Shown here: one piece after another, positions 11,288 to 21,621 of the stretch | How positions within the stretch are numbered: the stretch's first letter is position 1 | Layout: the number at the start of each line of letters is the position of its first letter | From: Selaginella moellendorffii | Taxonomy: Eukaryota; Plantae; Lycopodiophyta | Length of the DNA stretch: 64,000 bases | Assembly: GCF_000143415.4 (NCBI RefSeq) | Contig: NW_003314294.1 | Span: 367,402-431,401 of the forward strand | Direction of reading: 5' to 3' | Notes under the pieces: model-generated | Told to the model about the DNA's origin: nothing | The model's database searches: none | Seen by the model: only the letters and a program-made list of their open reading frames with translations | Translations under genes and position numbers: made by a program

Positions 11288-12469
11288 TGTAGCACATGTG
11301 ATTATGGGATGAGATTTGGATATACTGTCACCGTGGATCCTTGGAACCTTGGGGGATAAATGGGGATAAAATAGCCACTAAGGGCTCTCTCATCAAGCAA
11401 TTGCCCCTTTTCCAGTTGGCTTAAGGGGAGAGAGATAAGGTGCGCTACAGTTGGTATCGGAGCAAATGGCATGGGTTCGATTCCCATTGATTAGTGGCTA
11501 CTTAAAAGTATAATATACCCTTGAGCAAGGTATATTCCTACCCCTAAATTTGAAATCGTACGTATTGGGCATCCATGCATACGTCCTTCCTCTTGTGTGG
11601 AGTATCCACGGACGAAGGTATCCACCGTGGGACTGCGGTACGGGTGGATGACTATCTCACGAGGGCGTGAACTTGCAGGGAAGCGTGGTGGATTGTAAGC
11701 AACCAAAGGGAATAGCTTCCGTTCACGAGGGCATGAACTTGCAGGGAAGCGTGGTGGATTGTAAGCAACCAAAGGGAACGACTCGAGAGACGATCCATTG
11801 GGGTTCAAATATAAAGGGAAAGGGCCCATGAATAAGAGTGCACCCCCTTTTCCAATCGGTTAAGGGTCTTGAGATATTTGGGTTTAAGCGTCTTTGGGCT
11901 TGAATAGTACTGGGCTAGGTGACCTCCCGGGAAGTCCACCGAAGGTATCCACCGTGGGACTGCGGTACGGGTGGATGACTAGTTGCCTCACATGGAATAG
12001 CTGGTCTACACAATGAAAGGATTGGTAGATTGAGTGTGGAAATGGAGGTGCTGGTTCCCCTTGGCTCAGTAGGGGTTGTTAGTCAATAGTCAATGAGGAC
12101 ATTGACATCTCTGAAGGGGGGGTGAATGTAGCGCATGTGATCATGGGATGAGATTTGGATATATTGTTACCGTGGATCCTTGGAACCTTGGGGGATAAAT
12201 GGGGATAAAATAACCACTAAGGGCTCTCTCATCAAGCAATTGCCCCTTTTCCAGTTGGCTTAAGGGGAGAGAGATAAGGTGCGCTACAGAGAAGAAAGTG
12301 GGGTGAGTGTAGCGCATGTGATCATGGGATGAGATTTGGATATATTGTTACCGTGGATCCTTGGAACCTTGGGGGATAAATGGGGATAAAATAGCCACTA
12401 AGGGCTTTCTCATCAAGCAATTGCCCCTTTTCCAGTTGGCTTAAGGGGAGAGAGATAAGGTGCGCTACA
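11288..12469 (+). mobile_element. Young TRIM with 162-bp LTRs, a captured 5S-bearing LTR and an extra tandem 3' LTR
   Basis: LTRs TGTAGC..GCTACA at 11288-11449, 12127-12288 and 12308-12469. PBS TGGTATCGGAGC (tRNA-iMet type) at 11452 and PPT GAAGGGGGGGTGAA before 12127. TSD GAGAA lies before LTR1 and after both LTR2 and LTR3. No retroelement ORF inside. Confidence 0.9.
11881..11937 (+). promoter_or_regulatory. 5S rRNA-derived Pol III internal control region (A-box, IE, C-box) within a Cassandra-like LTR fragment
   Basis: GGTTTAAGCGTCTTTGGGCTTGAATAGTACTGGGCTAGGTGACCTCCCGGGAAGTCC is colinear with plant 5S rRNA AGTTAAGCGTGCTTGGGCGAGAGTAGTACTAGGATGGGTGACCTCCTGGGAAGTCC (consensus recalled from memory). 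Confidence 0.85.
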
Positions 12470-12779
12470 GAGAAGAAGGTGTTATGATGTGTCACATGCA
12501 ATATGTTGATCAACATTGACACTCATGGACACTTGCTATTCTCTAAGGAATTTAATAATTTTTTTGAGGAAATATATCTTCAATTTTTCTTTCAAAGTAC
12601 AATATTTGTTTTTTTTATTCTATTCTAATTTTGTTTTCAATGTAACAAAACTATGACAATTGAAATAGTGTTTTGTAATTGGGAAGCATATGCTAGGCAA
12701 TACCTAGTTAATATCATTTAAGATATATTAGTCTTTTTATATTAGTTTAACGTGTGAATGCCTAATAGAATACAAAATA

Positions 12780-13085
12780 TTTACTGTGTATTGCATGCAA
12801 TAATGCTTGGTTTGCTTAATAGTAGTGTTATTCTTATTTATTAATCTAATTGATTGAATGAAAGTTTATAATTATAAACATGTTTAAAAGATTAATGTTA
12901 TTAAATATCAAACATTAGATGGTAGAATAAACTAGAATATACTAAGAAGTGTTTAGGAAAGTTTATAAATTATAAAAATATTTAGAAATTATAAATACAA
13001 GATTAATTTAAATGAAATGGTAGAATATCCTAAAATATCCTAGCATCTTTTAGGTATATCCACTAGTTTGCTTAAGCAGATTAAC
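12780..13085. repeat. AT-rich dispersed repeat family, copy 1 (unclassified)
   Basis: Shares the blocks TGCATGCAA..TGGTTTGCTTAATAGTAGTG, AAGATTAAT..AAATG and ATGGTAGAATATCCTAAAATAT with ~33460-33620, ~34945-35540 and ~55410-55680. Confidence 0.7.
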
Positions 13086-13159
13086 CAAAAAGCCTTGTAA
13101 TCAATCTGACAATTATCAAAAGCCTATCATATTAAATCATATTAATAATAATATACAAC

Positions 13160-13550
13160 ATCGTAATTGTATGCCCAAGCTTCACATCATCACTTCCTTT
13201 CAAAAGGATGGAAGATAGTTAAATTAAAGTTCTCATGTTGATGGGTTGGGATCTTGAGGAATATAAGGAAAAGACACTAATAGATCTGTAAGTGATACAA
13301 TTTATTCCTAATTTCTTTATACGAAGCACTTCAATTGTTACACATGCATAATTTTTTACGGATCAAAATGTTATATATTATGCCAAAGTTTATAAACTTA
13401 CAATTCAACTTGCTATAATACATGACATACTAAGTAAAGAGTCTTTTAGACATACCACATATTATAAGACTAGGAAAACAAATTAACACTAGATCATCCA
13501 CTTTATACTCAACAAATAACAAATGGATGATTATATAGGACAATTATGAG
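13160..13550 (-). mobile_element. Gypsy 3' fragment (integrase C-terminus and PPT)
   Basis: Colinear similarity to 6065-6410 (cacatcat..ttt, gccaaagtttataaa, aattaacactagatcatccactttatactc). Confidence 0.7.
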
Positions 13551-14865
13551 GTTGTGAAGATAAAACTAATGTATATATGAATGTTCTGTTATAGAATTAT
13601 AGTTAATGAACATATAACACCAAATTCTTCCATTGATTCCAAATTAGGACACCTGATGCAAACACACTTGATAGGTCTGGCCAAGGCCCGAAGCTATCTC
13701 TTGTGATTACCAAGTGCAAAACCACTTAAAGAATATGGTAGGAATACAATAGCTCTGCTCTGTAAGCAAGCTTTAAACACCCTCTTTTGTTGTGAAAATT
13801 GCAAGCAAACAAACCTGTCTCCGTCGCTATGGCTTACTCAAGTCCTTTCCCAAACACTTGTCATCCATTTTCTCATCCCTCTCTCCTACACAAAGATCTC
13901 CCGTTCTTTCTCCCTATCCCTCCTCCGACTCATTTGCACCTTTTCGGCCCCTCCAGCTGCCGTGCATCCCACACTCCTTTCAGGCGATTTTACTGGTATC
14001 CTCGTAGCTGGTTTGGTAGAGCAAAGTCAAAAGCAAAAAACTGTAAGCAAGGATCTTAGATCTCGCAATGACACCGCGCCTTAGCCATATGAACCAATGT
14101 TTCAAGGACAAGGTAGAAAACAAATAGAGTACAAATGGGAGGTTTCAGTGGAACTGGCCGGGTTGGCCCAGAACCAAGGAAATTTTATTTTCTCATCTAC
14201 AAGGAATATCTCTGGGCATCAAACCATGTACCGCCACGTGTAACGCTGCCTCCGGACAAGGTAAAACCACAGTTTCCAGTGAGACATATCTCTGGTTAGA
14301 GTTGTGATCTTGCACGTGGCAGGCTTAGATTGCGCGTAACTTGTCTAGTTATCCGGGTAAAATTACCGGACCTAGCTGCTGAAGCTGGAGGCCTGGCACC
14401 GAGCCTGCCCACTTAAGTAGACTTTGCTCATCCGCCATAGCTAGAGCTTAGAGAAGCGATCGATTCGGTCGATTCATCCCTGAAAATCTTGAAGGGATGC
14501 GCTGCCTAATCTCCTCCCTGGTTTTCGTGGTAAGTCTAATTTGGTTTACGCGAGATCTTCGCGGTTAAAAAGACAAAGAGGAACAAAGAGGCAGCGCTTT
14601 TGCCAAGTGTGGCCAAAGGGCTGCGAGACGAGCGAGTGCACTGCGAGGATCTACAAGCGCGCCGCTTCTACAGTGCTCTTGAATCTCTTCCGGGAAATTC
14701 ACGCCGATCTTCCCGAGAATTTAATGTCAGGGCTTGTAATTGTCAGGGAAAAGCTACCAGGGATGGATTCGGGAAGAGGATAGGGAAGGAATTGGCGAGT
14801 AGAAGGGGAATTAGATTAGAGACTTGGTTGTGCGCGAAGGATAAGCTCTGTAGATAGCACTCGCT

Positions 14866-15749
14866 ATGGCGGCATCCGGCGGTGGTGGGTCTCTTCCCCA
14901 GCAATTTGGAGCGGCCAACGGTGTCTTGGGTCGATCCAATTCGCTACTGGGAGGGCGATTGGGAAGCATGGCTCTCCCGCGGCAGCAATCGATCTATTCC
15001 CTGACGTTGGATGAATTCCAGAGCAGTCTGGGCGAGCCCGGCAAGAACTTTGGCTCCATGAACATGGACGACCTCCTCAAGAACATCTGGACAGCCGAGG
15101 AGAGCCAGGCCATGGCCGCCGCATTGTTTAGCTCGAACGATCCCTCCTCCTCTTCCGCGGGCGCCGTCGTCGCCGCTGAGGATCCCTCTCTCCTCCCCCG
15201 GCAGCCCAGCCTGGGCATCCAGCGCCAGAATTCCCTCACTCTCCTCCCCCTCCCGCAATCGCTCAGCGCCAAGACGGTGGACGAGGTATGGAAGGACATC
15301 GGGCCCCTGGACGGCTACGGTACCGCCGGCGACGCGGCGGTACCGCCCATGAAGCCGCGGCAAGGGACTTACGGCGAGATGACGCTCGAGGACTTCCTCG
15401 TCAAGGCCGGCGTCATGGCGCCCGACGCCATCGACCACGCGCAGGCCGGCTACTACCCGACCACCAGTACCGCGACGGCAAACGGCTCGTACGGAAAGGT
15501 GACGCGGGACGCCGCGGCGGTACCGGGCGGCGGGACGCCGATACTGGGCGGTATGACGGGCCTACTGCCCGGCAAGAAGGAACCGGTGGAGGTGAACGAT
15601 CCAATGCTGGGAATTGGGCTTGGGCCGGCGAGGAACAATCTCTCCTCCCCGAATGGATTCTATGCGGCGTCCAGCGCCGCGGCACAGGCGGCCAAGCATC
15701 AGGCGGAGTGGATCGAGAGCCAGTACAAGAATTCCACGGCGCTGGCGCA

Positions 15750-15781
<32 letters not shown>

Positions 15782-16610
15782 TGGCGGCATACAATGGCAA
15801 CGCGGCGGTATCGACGGGGCTGGGCATGGGACTCAACGGCGGTACCGCCGGCGGTGTGGTGTGCATCAAGGAGACGTCGCCCGGGAGCCCGCTATCGGAC
15901 GCGCTGGACCAAAACGGGGGCTATGGCGGGCTTTCCAACTATGGTGGCGGATTCGATGGCCCCCTCCGAGGGCGCAAGAGGATCCTGGACGCGCCGCTGG
16001 AGAAGATTGTGGAGCGGAGGCAGCGGAGGATGATCAAGAACCGGGAATCGGCGGCGCGATCGCGAGCGAGGAAACAGGTCCGTGATCTTTCAATCAAAAA
16101 AGCTGGTTTTTTGTCGCTCTTTGTTTACGCGAGTTCGTTGTCTCCAGGCTTATACAGTCGAGTTGGAGGCCGAGGTGACACAACTCAAGGAAGAGAACAT
16201 GAAACTCCGGAAAATGCAGGTAAGAAACGAGTTTTTCTTACGTGATTTCTCTGTGGGATCGCTTCATGAGTCGATCGTTTCGTTTCGTGGGCTTTCTCAT
16301 CTAAACCTCCCAAACGGTTTTGCTTTTCTGCTTTCCAGGAGGAGGAGAACATCAAGCGAAAGAAACAGGTAGCGTGATTCTCTTGTTCTCTCTCTCCTTT
16401 TCTCCTTTTTCTTTGTTCCTCTCATTTTCTCGGTTACGTGTTCTGCTGGCTCTCCTCCTCTCTCGAGCTCGAGTGCTTGTAGATCGAACAATCGATCGTC
16501 CCGCCACTGATCAACATCTCTTTTGCTAGCAGCAGGCCTTGGAAGTGATCACTCCAATGACCCAACACCTCCCAAAGATGCTCAAGAGAACGCTCACGGG
16601 ACCCTGGTAA
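14866..16610 (+). CDS. ABI5: Group A bZIP transcription factor (ABI5/ABF/AREB family)
   Basis: Conserved motifs C1 RQQSIYSLTLDEFQ..GKNFGSMNMDDLLKNIWTAEE, C2 RQNSL..KTVDEVWKDI, C3 RQGTYGEMTLEDFLVKAGV, basic region RRQRRMIKNRESAARSRARKQ|AYTVELE and C4 LKRTLTGPW*. Exons about 14866-16077, 16148-16219, 16339-16368 and 16530-16610. The symbol denotes the family, not proven orthology. Confidence 0.93.
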
Positions 16611-17376
16611 CCACGACGCTTGTACGGAAGAACCTTTGATCCATCGCTCTCTCGTAAGAACGGAGGTACGAAAAGGAAGAAACGTTTCCGAGAGGACAAA
16701 CGAGGCCCGGGGCGGTCCCCGCAATCTGATCCGTCCATTGTCCTCTTGCGTGTACTTGGCGATCTACAAAGCCCCACTGTTGCTCCTTATTAGATCGCTT
16801 GGCTCTCTCTTGTTTAAAAGCATTGTTCTATCCAGCTTCCATTCCACTGTACAAGTGTCTCGCATCAATATGGAGAACCTGGGCGATCGATCCAAAAAAT
16901 TCCAAAGCTCCGATAGCTCCATCCATCGATCGATCGATCGCTAGAGAGAAGAAATTTTCCTAGCTCGCCTAGCACAGCCAAATCCAGCTAGAATAATTTA
17001 ATCTAGAACATCGAAGCCCTTGTCCCCTCGAGGGGACAAGAGGATCACATAATAACATAATGGCGCCAGCACACCACGTGGCAGGCCCACACGCAACGCA
17101 AACCCGGGCATCGCTCTCCCCCACGTGTCGGCATCCATGTGGGGCTGCCAGACGTGTGGCGCGAGACTAACTAGTGACCCACCCAGCAGGCGTGAGCCAA
17201 TGAGACGTCGACACCGCGCTCCCTATGGGGTCACGACAGGTGTCCCAGTGTCCGAAAACTCTACCGTCATGCATATCCCTTGGAAAAAGAAAGAGATGCA
17301 TATTCTGGAATAATCTCTGATGTTTATGGCAGGTATATACGGGAATAATCTCCGGGATTTGAAAATTAGGGCTCTT

Positions 17377-18239
17377 CTACTTCTCGTTGGACCATGACGA
17401 TTCCTTGTCCTTGGAGAACGTCACCTGGAGCGCGTCCACCGCCTCGGGCTTGAGGCCGAAGGCTTTGGCGAGGACCGAGTCGGAGATGGGCGGATCGGCG
17501 CCGAAGAGCGACGGGGCAATCTGCTGGGTGCCTGGGTTCTGGCTGCTCAGCGCTGCGAATGCGAGCGCGGTGCCGTAGCCGACGTTCTCCTGGAAGTGGA
17601 CGAGGCCGCGGGGGAAGACGAAGATCTCGTTCTTGTTTACGGTGGCAGTGAAGAGCTTGTTGTTTGTGGCGACGAATCCCACCTTGAGCGAGCCGTCGAT
17701 GACGAGCAGGATCTCGGTGGCGCGCGGGTGAGTGTGTGGGGGATTCACGCCGCCCTTCTTGAAGTCGATGCGAGCGAAGGAGATCCCGAGGGTGTTGAGG
17801 CCCAAGAACATACCGATGTTGGCGGGGGTGACGATCGATCCGACCATGTTGTTTGCGTCGCCCAGATTCACCAGGTTCTTGAAGAGGAAGTCGTCGCCCG
17901 TGACCATGGCTGGGTTCTTGCAGATCGCGCCATTCACGTTGACCACCACCGAGATATCTACAATCACCAATGTTTTGGATCTAAGATCATTGAAAACTTG
18001 CAAGGAGGTTCTAGCTTACCAGAGGAATTCGTGGTAGACATCTGGACCTTGTATGGAGATTCCTCATCCTTATCGTGATCATACTTATCATCGTCTTTCT
18101 TCGACTTTGGTGGTGAGATGTTGATCTTGTTGTCCTTGACAGCAACGCAGAAATCCTGGAGTGGATCGGGATCGGCTCCAAGAACTCCGGACAAGCCAAG
18201 AACACTAGCGATTACAAGCACCAAGAACTTCACCGCCAT
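17377..18239 (-). CDS. Germin-like protein (cupin), 2 exons
   Basis: Signal peptide, DPDPLQDFCVA, VNGAICK, germin boxes GVNPPHTHPRATEI and FPRGLVHFQENVG, and SSQNPG. Intron 18019-17958 (GTAAG..TAG). Confidence 0.95.
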
Positions 18240-18556
18240 GGCAAGAGATTTCTTTTCTCTAGCTTTTCCCTCTTGACTTCCAGGTGGTTTTGCAAGCTCT
18301 CCTTTTTATCGTCTCGTCAAGCTCATTGTCGTATCGCAATGGAATTGCTAAAGAGAGATGTTTGAAAGCGTCAGCGAGAGACTTAGTCGCGACACAAGAC
18401 CGATAGACGCTACCAGCAAGTCAAACTTTCCCTCATGTCATAAGTGTTTTCCCCCCCGAATTCCCTTTCGTCATAGCCTTATCTTGGTCCCAAACAACCC
18501 CACGTCATCATTCCTGTCCGTTTCCGGCCCGAAAAGGAAGAAAAGCTTTTTTTTTC

Positions 18557-20224
18557 TTAGCCGCTTCTACAGATATTTGACATGAGCACGTAATTCCCGC
18601 AGCCTTTCTCCATTTCAAGCCCGCCACCATTCTCCGATTCTCCCAGAGACGAACCAAACGCGAGCCTCGCCAAATCCAAGTTCTTCCCCAGCAGCGTTTT
18701 CCAAGTCACGGAGCTCGGCTCGAAAGGCATGCCGCGAATGAGCTCCAGCGCCTCGTCCAGCCGGTTTGCGCGGCCCAGGAGATCGATCACACAGTGGTAG
18801 TGCTCGATCCGGGGGCTCACTCCAAACCTGGAGCTCATCTCCCGGAAGAACTTGGTGCCGATGTCGACGAGCCCCGCGTGGCTGCACGCCGAGAGCACGC
18901 ACAGCAGCACAGGGCCGCTTGCCGGGACTTTCTCGTCGACCATCTTGTGGAAAAACTCGAAAACTTTGCCGCTGTGATCCCCCTGCCTGCTGTATCCTGC
19001 TATCAACGCGGTCCAAGTCACTAAATCCGTGCTTGCGATCGAGTAGAAGAGCTGCTCGGCGTCCACCATGCTGCCACACTTTCCATAGAAATCCACCAGG
19101 CCGCTTTGCAGCACCTCGTTCTTGCTCTCCAGCCCACGCCGGCAAATCTCCCGATGGACTTCTCGGCCAGTTTCTAAGCTCGGGACTATCGCACAGGCTT
19201 TGAGGACGGCAGCAAACGTTCGAGCGTCTGGAGCTACGTTTGTGGACTTCATGAGCTCAAAAAGCCGTAAAGCCTGCTCGATCTCTCCGTTTTCCACGTA
19301 TCCCAGCAGCAAAGTGTTCCAGGAAACCACGTCCGGATGCTCGATCCGGTGGAAAACTTCACGAGCTCCCCGCAAGTATCCACACTTGACGTACATATCG
19401 ATCAAAGTATTCGCCACCAAAAGCTCCGAGGAAAACCCGGCCTCGGAAGCTTGAGTATGAAGAACCTCCCCCATCTCCAGAGCTTGATCGATATTCTTCG
19501 CAGCGATGGTCGAGCAGGCCTTAACAGCAGCGGCAAACGTGAGAGCATTGGGCCGGCAGCGATCTCGTCTCATACGCTGGAAGACCTCCAGAGAAAAATC
19601 GCCATCGCCATCTTGGACGTAGCCCAGCATGAGAGCCGTCCAAGACACCACGTCGCGATGAGCCATGGTGTCAAACACTGCCTGGGCGTCTCTCACGCTT
19701 CCACATTTCGCGTAGACGTCGATCAAAGCATTGGCGACGAACAAATCTGCTGTGGCAGAGCCGAAACTCCCATGAGCTCGAGCTCTAGAGTGTAAATCCA
19801 TGGCCCTCTCCAGAGATTTCCACTTGACGACGAGCTCTGGCGCGGAAACGAACGCTCCCACCTCCCTGGCGGCTAGATTAGAGCACGCCTGGAGCGCAGC
19901 CACGAAGCTGTGCGAATCGCGGGACGCCATGGCCGAGAAGATTTCCAGCGCGACCTCTTCCTGGTGATTTTGAGCGTACCCCAAGACGAGTGCGTTCCAG
20001 GCGACGATTCCCGGATGGGGGATTCGATCGAAGACATCGCGAGCCTCGGCCATGCTCCCGCATTTGGCGTACATGCTGATGAGCGACGTCCGGATGTAGG
20101 GATTGGAGCAGCCGCCGCTCTGGATCGCGTCAGCATGGATCCGCCGCCCTGATTCTAGATCCCTGGAGCCGCCGCACGACCTCAATTGCGCTACCAACGA
20201 AGCGATGCTGCCGCTCTTCGCCGT
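18557..20224 (-). CDS. PLS-class PPR protein with E domain (organelle editing-factor type); no in-frame ATG at the N-terminus
   Basis: P-L-S motifs (SLISMYAKCGSMAEARDVFD, DVVSWTALMLGY), plus VLSACSHAGLVD, EHYHCVIDLLGRANRL and YVLMSNI. The frame opens at TAG ATC ACG GCG, with ACG at 20224-20222. Confidence 0.8.
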   Translation of the reverse strand, partial: TAKSGSIASLVAQLRSCGGSRDLESGRRIHADAIQSGGCSNPYIRTSLISMYAKCGSMAEARDVFDRIPHPGIVAWNALVLGYAQNHQEEVALEIFSAMASRDSHSFVAALQACSNLAAREVGAFVSAPELVVKWKSLERAMDLHSRARAHGSFGSATADLFVANALIDVYAKCGSVRDAQAVFDTMAHRDVVSWTALMLGYVQDGDGDFSLEVFQRMRRDRCRPNALTFAAAVKACSTIAAKNIDQALEMGEVLHTQASEAGFSSELLVANTLIDMYVKCGYLRGAREVFHRIEHPDVVSWNTLLLGYVENGEIEQALRLFELMKSTNVAPDARTFAAVLKACAIVPSLETGREVHREICRRGLESKNEVLQSGLVDFYGKCGSMVDAEQLFYSIASTDLVTWTALIAGYSRQGDHSGKVFEFFHKMVDEKVPASGPVLLCVLSACSHAGLVDIGTKFFREMSSRFGVSPRIEHYHCVIDLLGRANRLDEALELIRGMPFEPSSVTWKTLLGKNLDLARLAFGSSLGESENGGGLEMEKGCGNYVLMSNICRSG

Positions 20225-20350
20225 GATCTAAGAACCCTAAAATTAGCCCTTAAAAAAGGCCACTAAAGAGCCCTAAATAGTTTATCTATTATTTGGATTT
20301 TGATGCCTTTACAAAACTCCCTAAACAGTTAAAGCGAAGCTTTGCAATCT

Positions 20351-21184
20351 TTATCTTTGAAATTCTTGAATGGATACCACCTTTTTACATATCTTGCATG
20401 TCACCCATTTGCCTTTGGCTGTGCCTTTGCCTGAAGTGAAATTTAGACCAAAGAAGCTTCATAAAAACATATTACTTACCATTTTCCTTCTTGTCGATTG
20501 TTTTCTTAGGTACCTTGAAACCATTAGTCTCGAATGCTTTCAGCTGGAAAAAAAAAGATAAATAAATAAATAACCAAAGAAACAATGAATTACCTGTTTT
20601 ACAAACCCGGGATTTGGATCCACACTTGGACTTGATTTTTTGAGAGAAGCCAAGGCATCTGGTTAAAATCGAGAGGTGAGCTTGGGATTTTTAGAAACAC
20701 CAAGATCAATACCTGCAAAGGACAGCTTCTCCTTCCACATAAGATACGCAATCATAATCGATGGACTGCAAATGCCCAAAGGTAAATCCCCAAATCCTTG
20801 AAGTCCAAACTACGTAAATGCCTACCTGCGGGAAAATCCGCCACCGCAATGGACGAGCACAATCCCCTCTTGGACTCCTCGATTGATGAATTCCAAGCAC
20901 TCCTCGAGGCGCTCGAACAAATTCTCGTCCGCCGAGTCTTCCAGAGGCACAACCTTCCGAATTGGAAGCCCGGAGAAGTCGCACTTGTTCTGGAGCTCCA
21001 CGGAAACCCTAAAAAACGCGTTCGCGTCACTGGGCGGGCCGTAGGGGACGAAATCCTTGCTCTCGTGGTTAGGGCACAGCGGCAGCACCGATAGAACATG
21101 CGTCACTCCAGCTTTCGTGCCCGATAGAAACAGAAGCGCGTCGCCAATGTCGCCCAAATAGAGATCGTCGCGCACTTTCTTCAT
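20351..21184 (-). CDS. Dual-specificity phosphatase, YVH1/DUSP12-like, C-terminally short
   Basis: Five exons give MKKVRDDLYLGDI..THVLSV..PLEDSADENLFERLEECLEFI..VLVHCGGGFSR|SPSIMIAYLM..|DALASLKK..VDPNPGFVKQ|LKAFE..|..CKICKKVVSIQEFQR*. Confidence 0.8.
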
Positions 21185-21621
21185 CACAAACCCTAGAATT
21201 AGGGCTTTTGTAGGGCAACGGTGAGGTGGCGACACGTCAGGGACAGGTGGCGTAAAAAGGATGCCAGGTAGGTGCCATGTCACACACGGTAGCAGCACAG
21301 CAGGCGGAAGTCTGTGTGCTGTGATGATGATGGAGACGCGCGGATGAAACAATGCGTCTTCTAGGGTTTTTCCTCTTCTTTATTTCGTAGGGCTATCCTT
21401 CTTGTTCTTGGCGCCCGGTGTCCTCCGGCATCGATCAGGGTTAGTAATCCAAGGCGGCGATCCATCGATCAATCGATCGGGATTCTTTCTTGGCGGCGGC
21501 AGCGGCCAAGATCGAATTTTCTTTCCGAGGGTTTTCGAGGCAAGGCATGGCCCTATTCTTGATTCTTCCATGATGCGGCAGCGATGCTGCTGACGATGAC
21601 GCTGATCGCCGCCTCTCCGCT

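Noticed and set aside
11881-11937. A genuine 5S rRNA gene
   Set aside because: Only ~57 of ~120 nt match, the 5' part and terminator are missing, and it is always embedded in an LTR.
11288-12469. Direct repeats resembling a CRISPR-like or satellite array
   Set aside because: The repeats are 162-bp TG..CA LTRs with PBS, PPT and TSD. The context is eukaryotic and there are no cas genes.
11302-12522. Short minus-strand ORFs within the TRIM (61, 112 and 66 aa)
   Set aside because: They are by-products of repeated non-coding LTR sequence with no domain features.
15288-16085. 265-aa alternative-frame ORF and similar shadow ORFs over GC-rich genes
   Set aside because: Expected from high GC3 codon usage, with Arg/Gly-rich nonsense composition.
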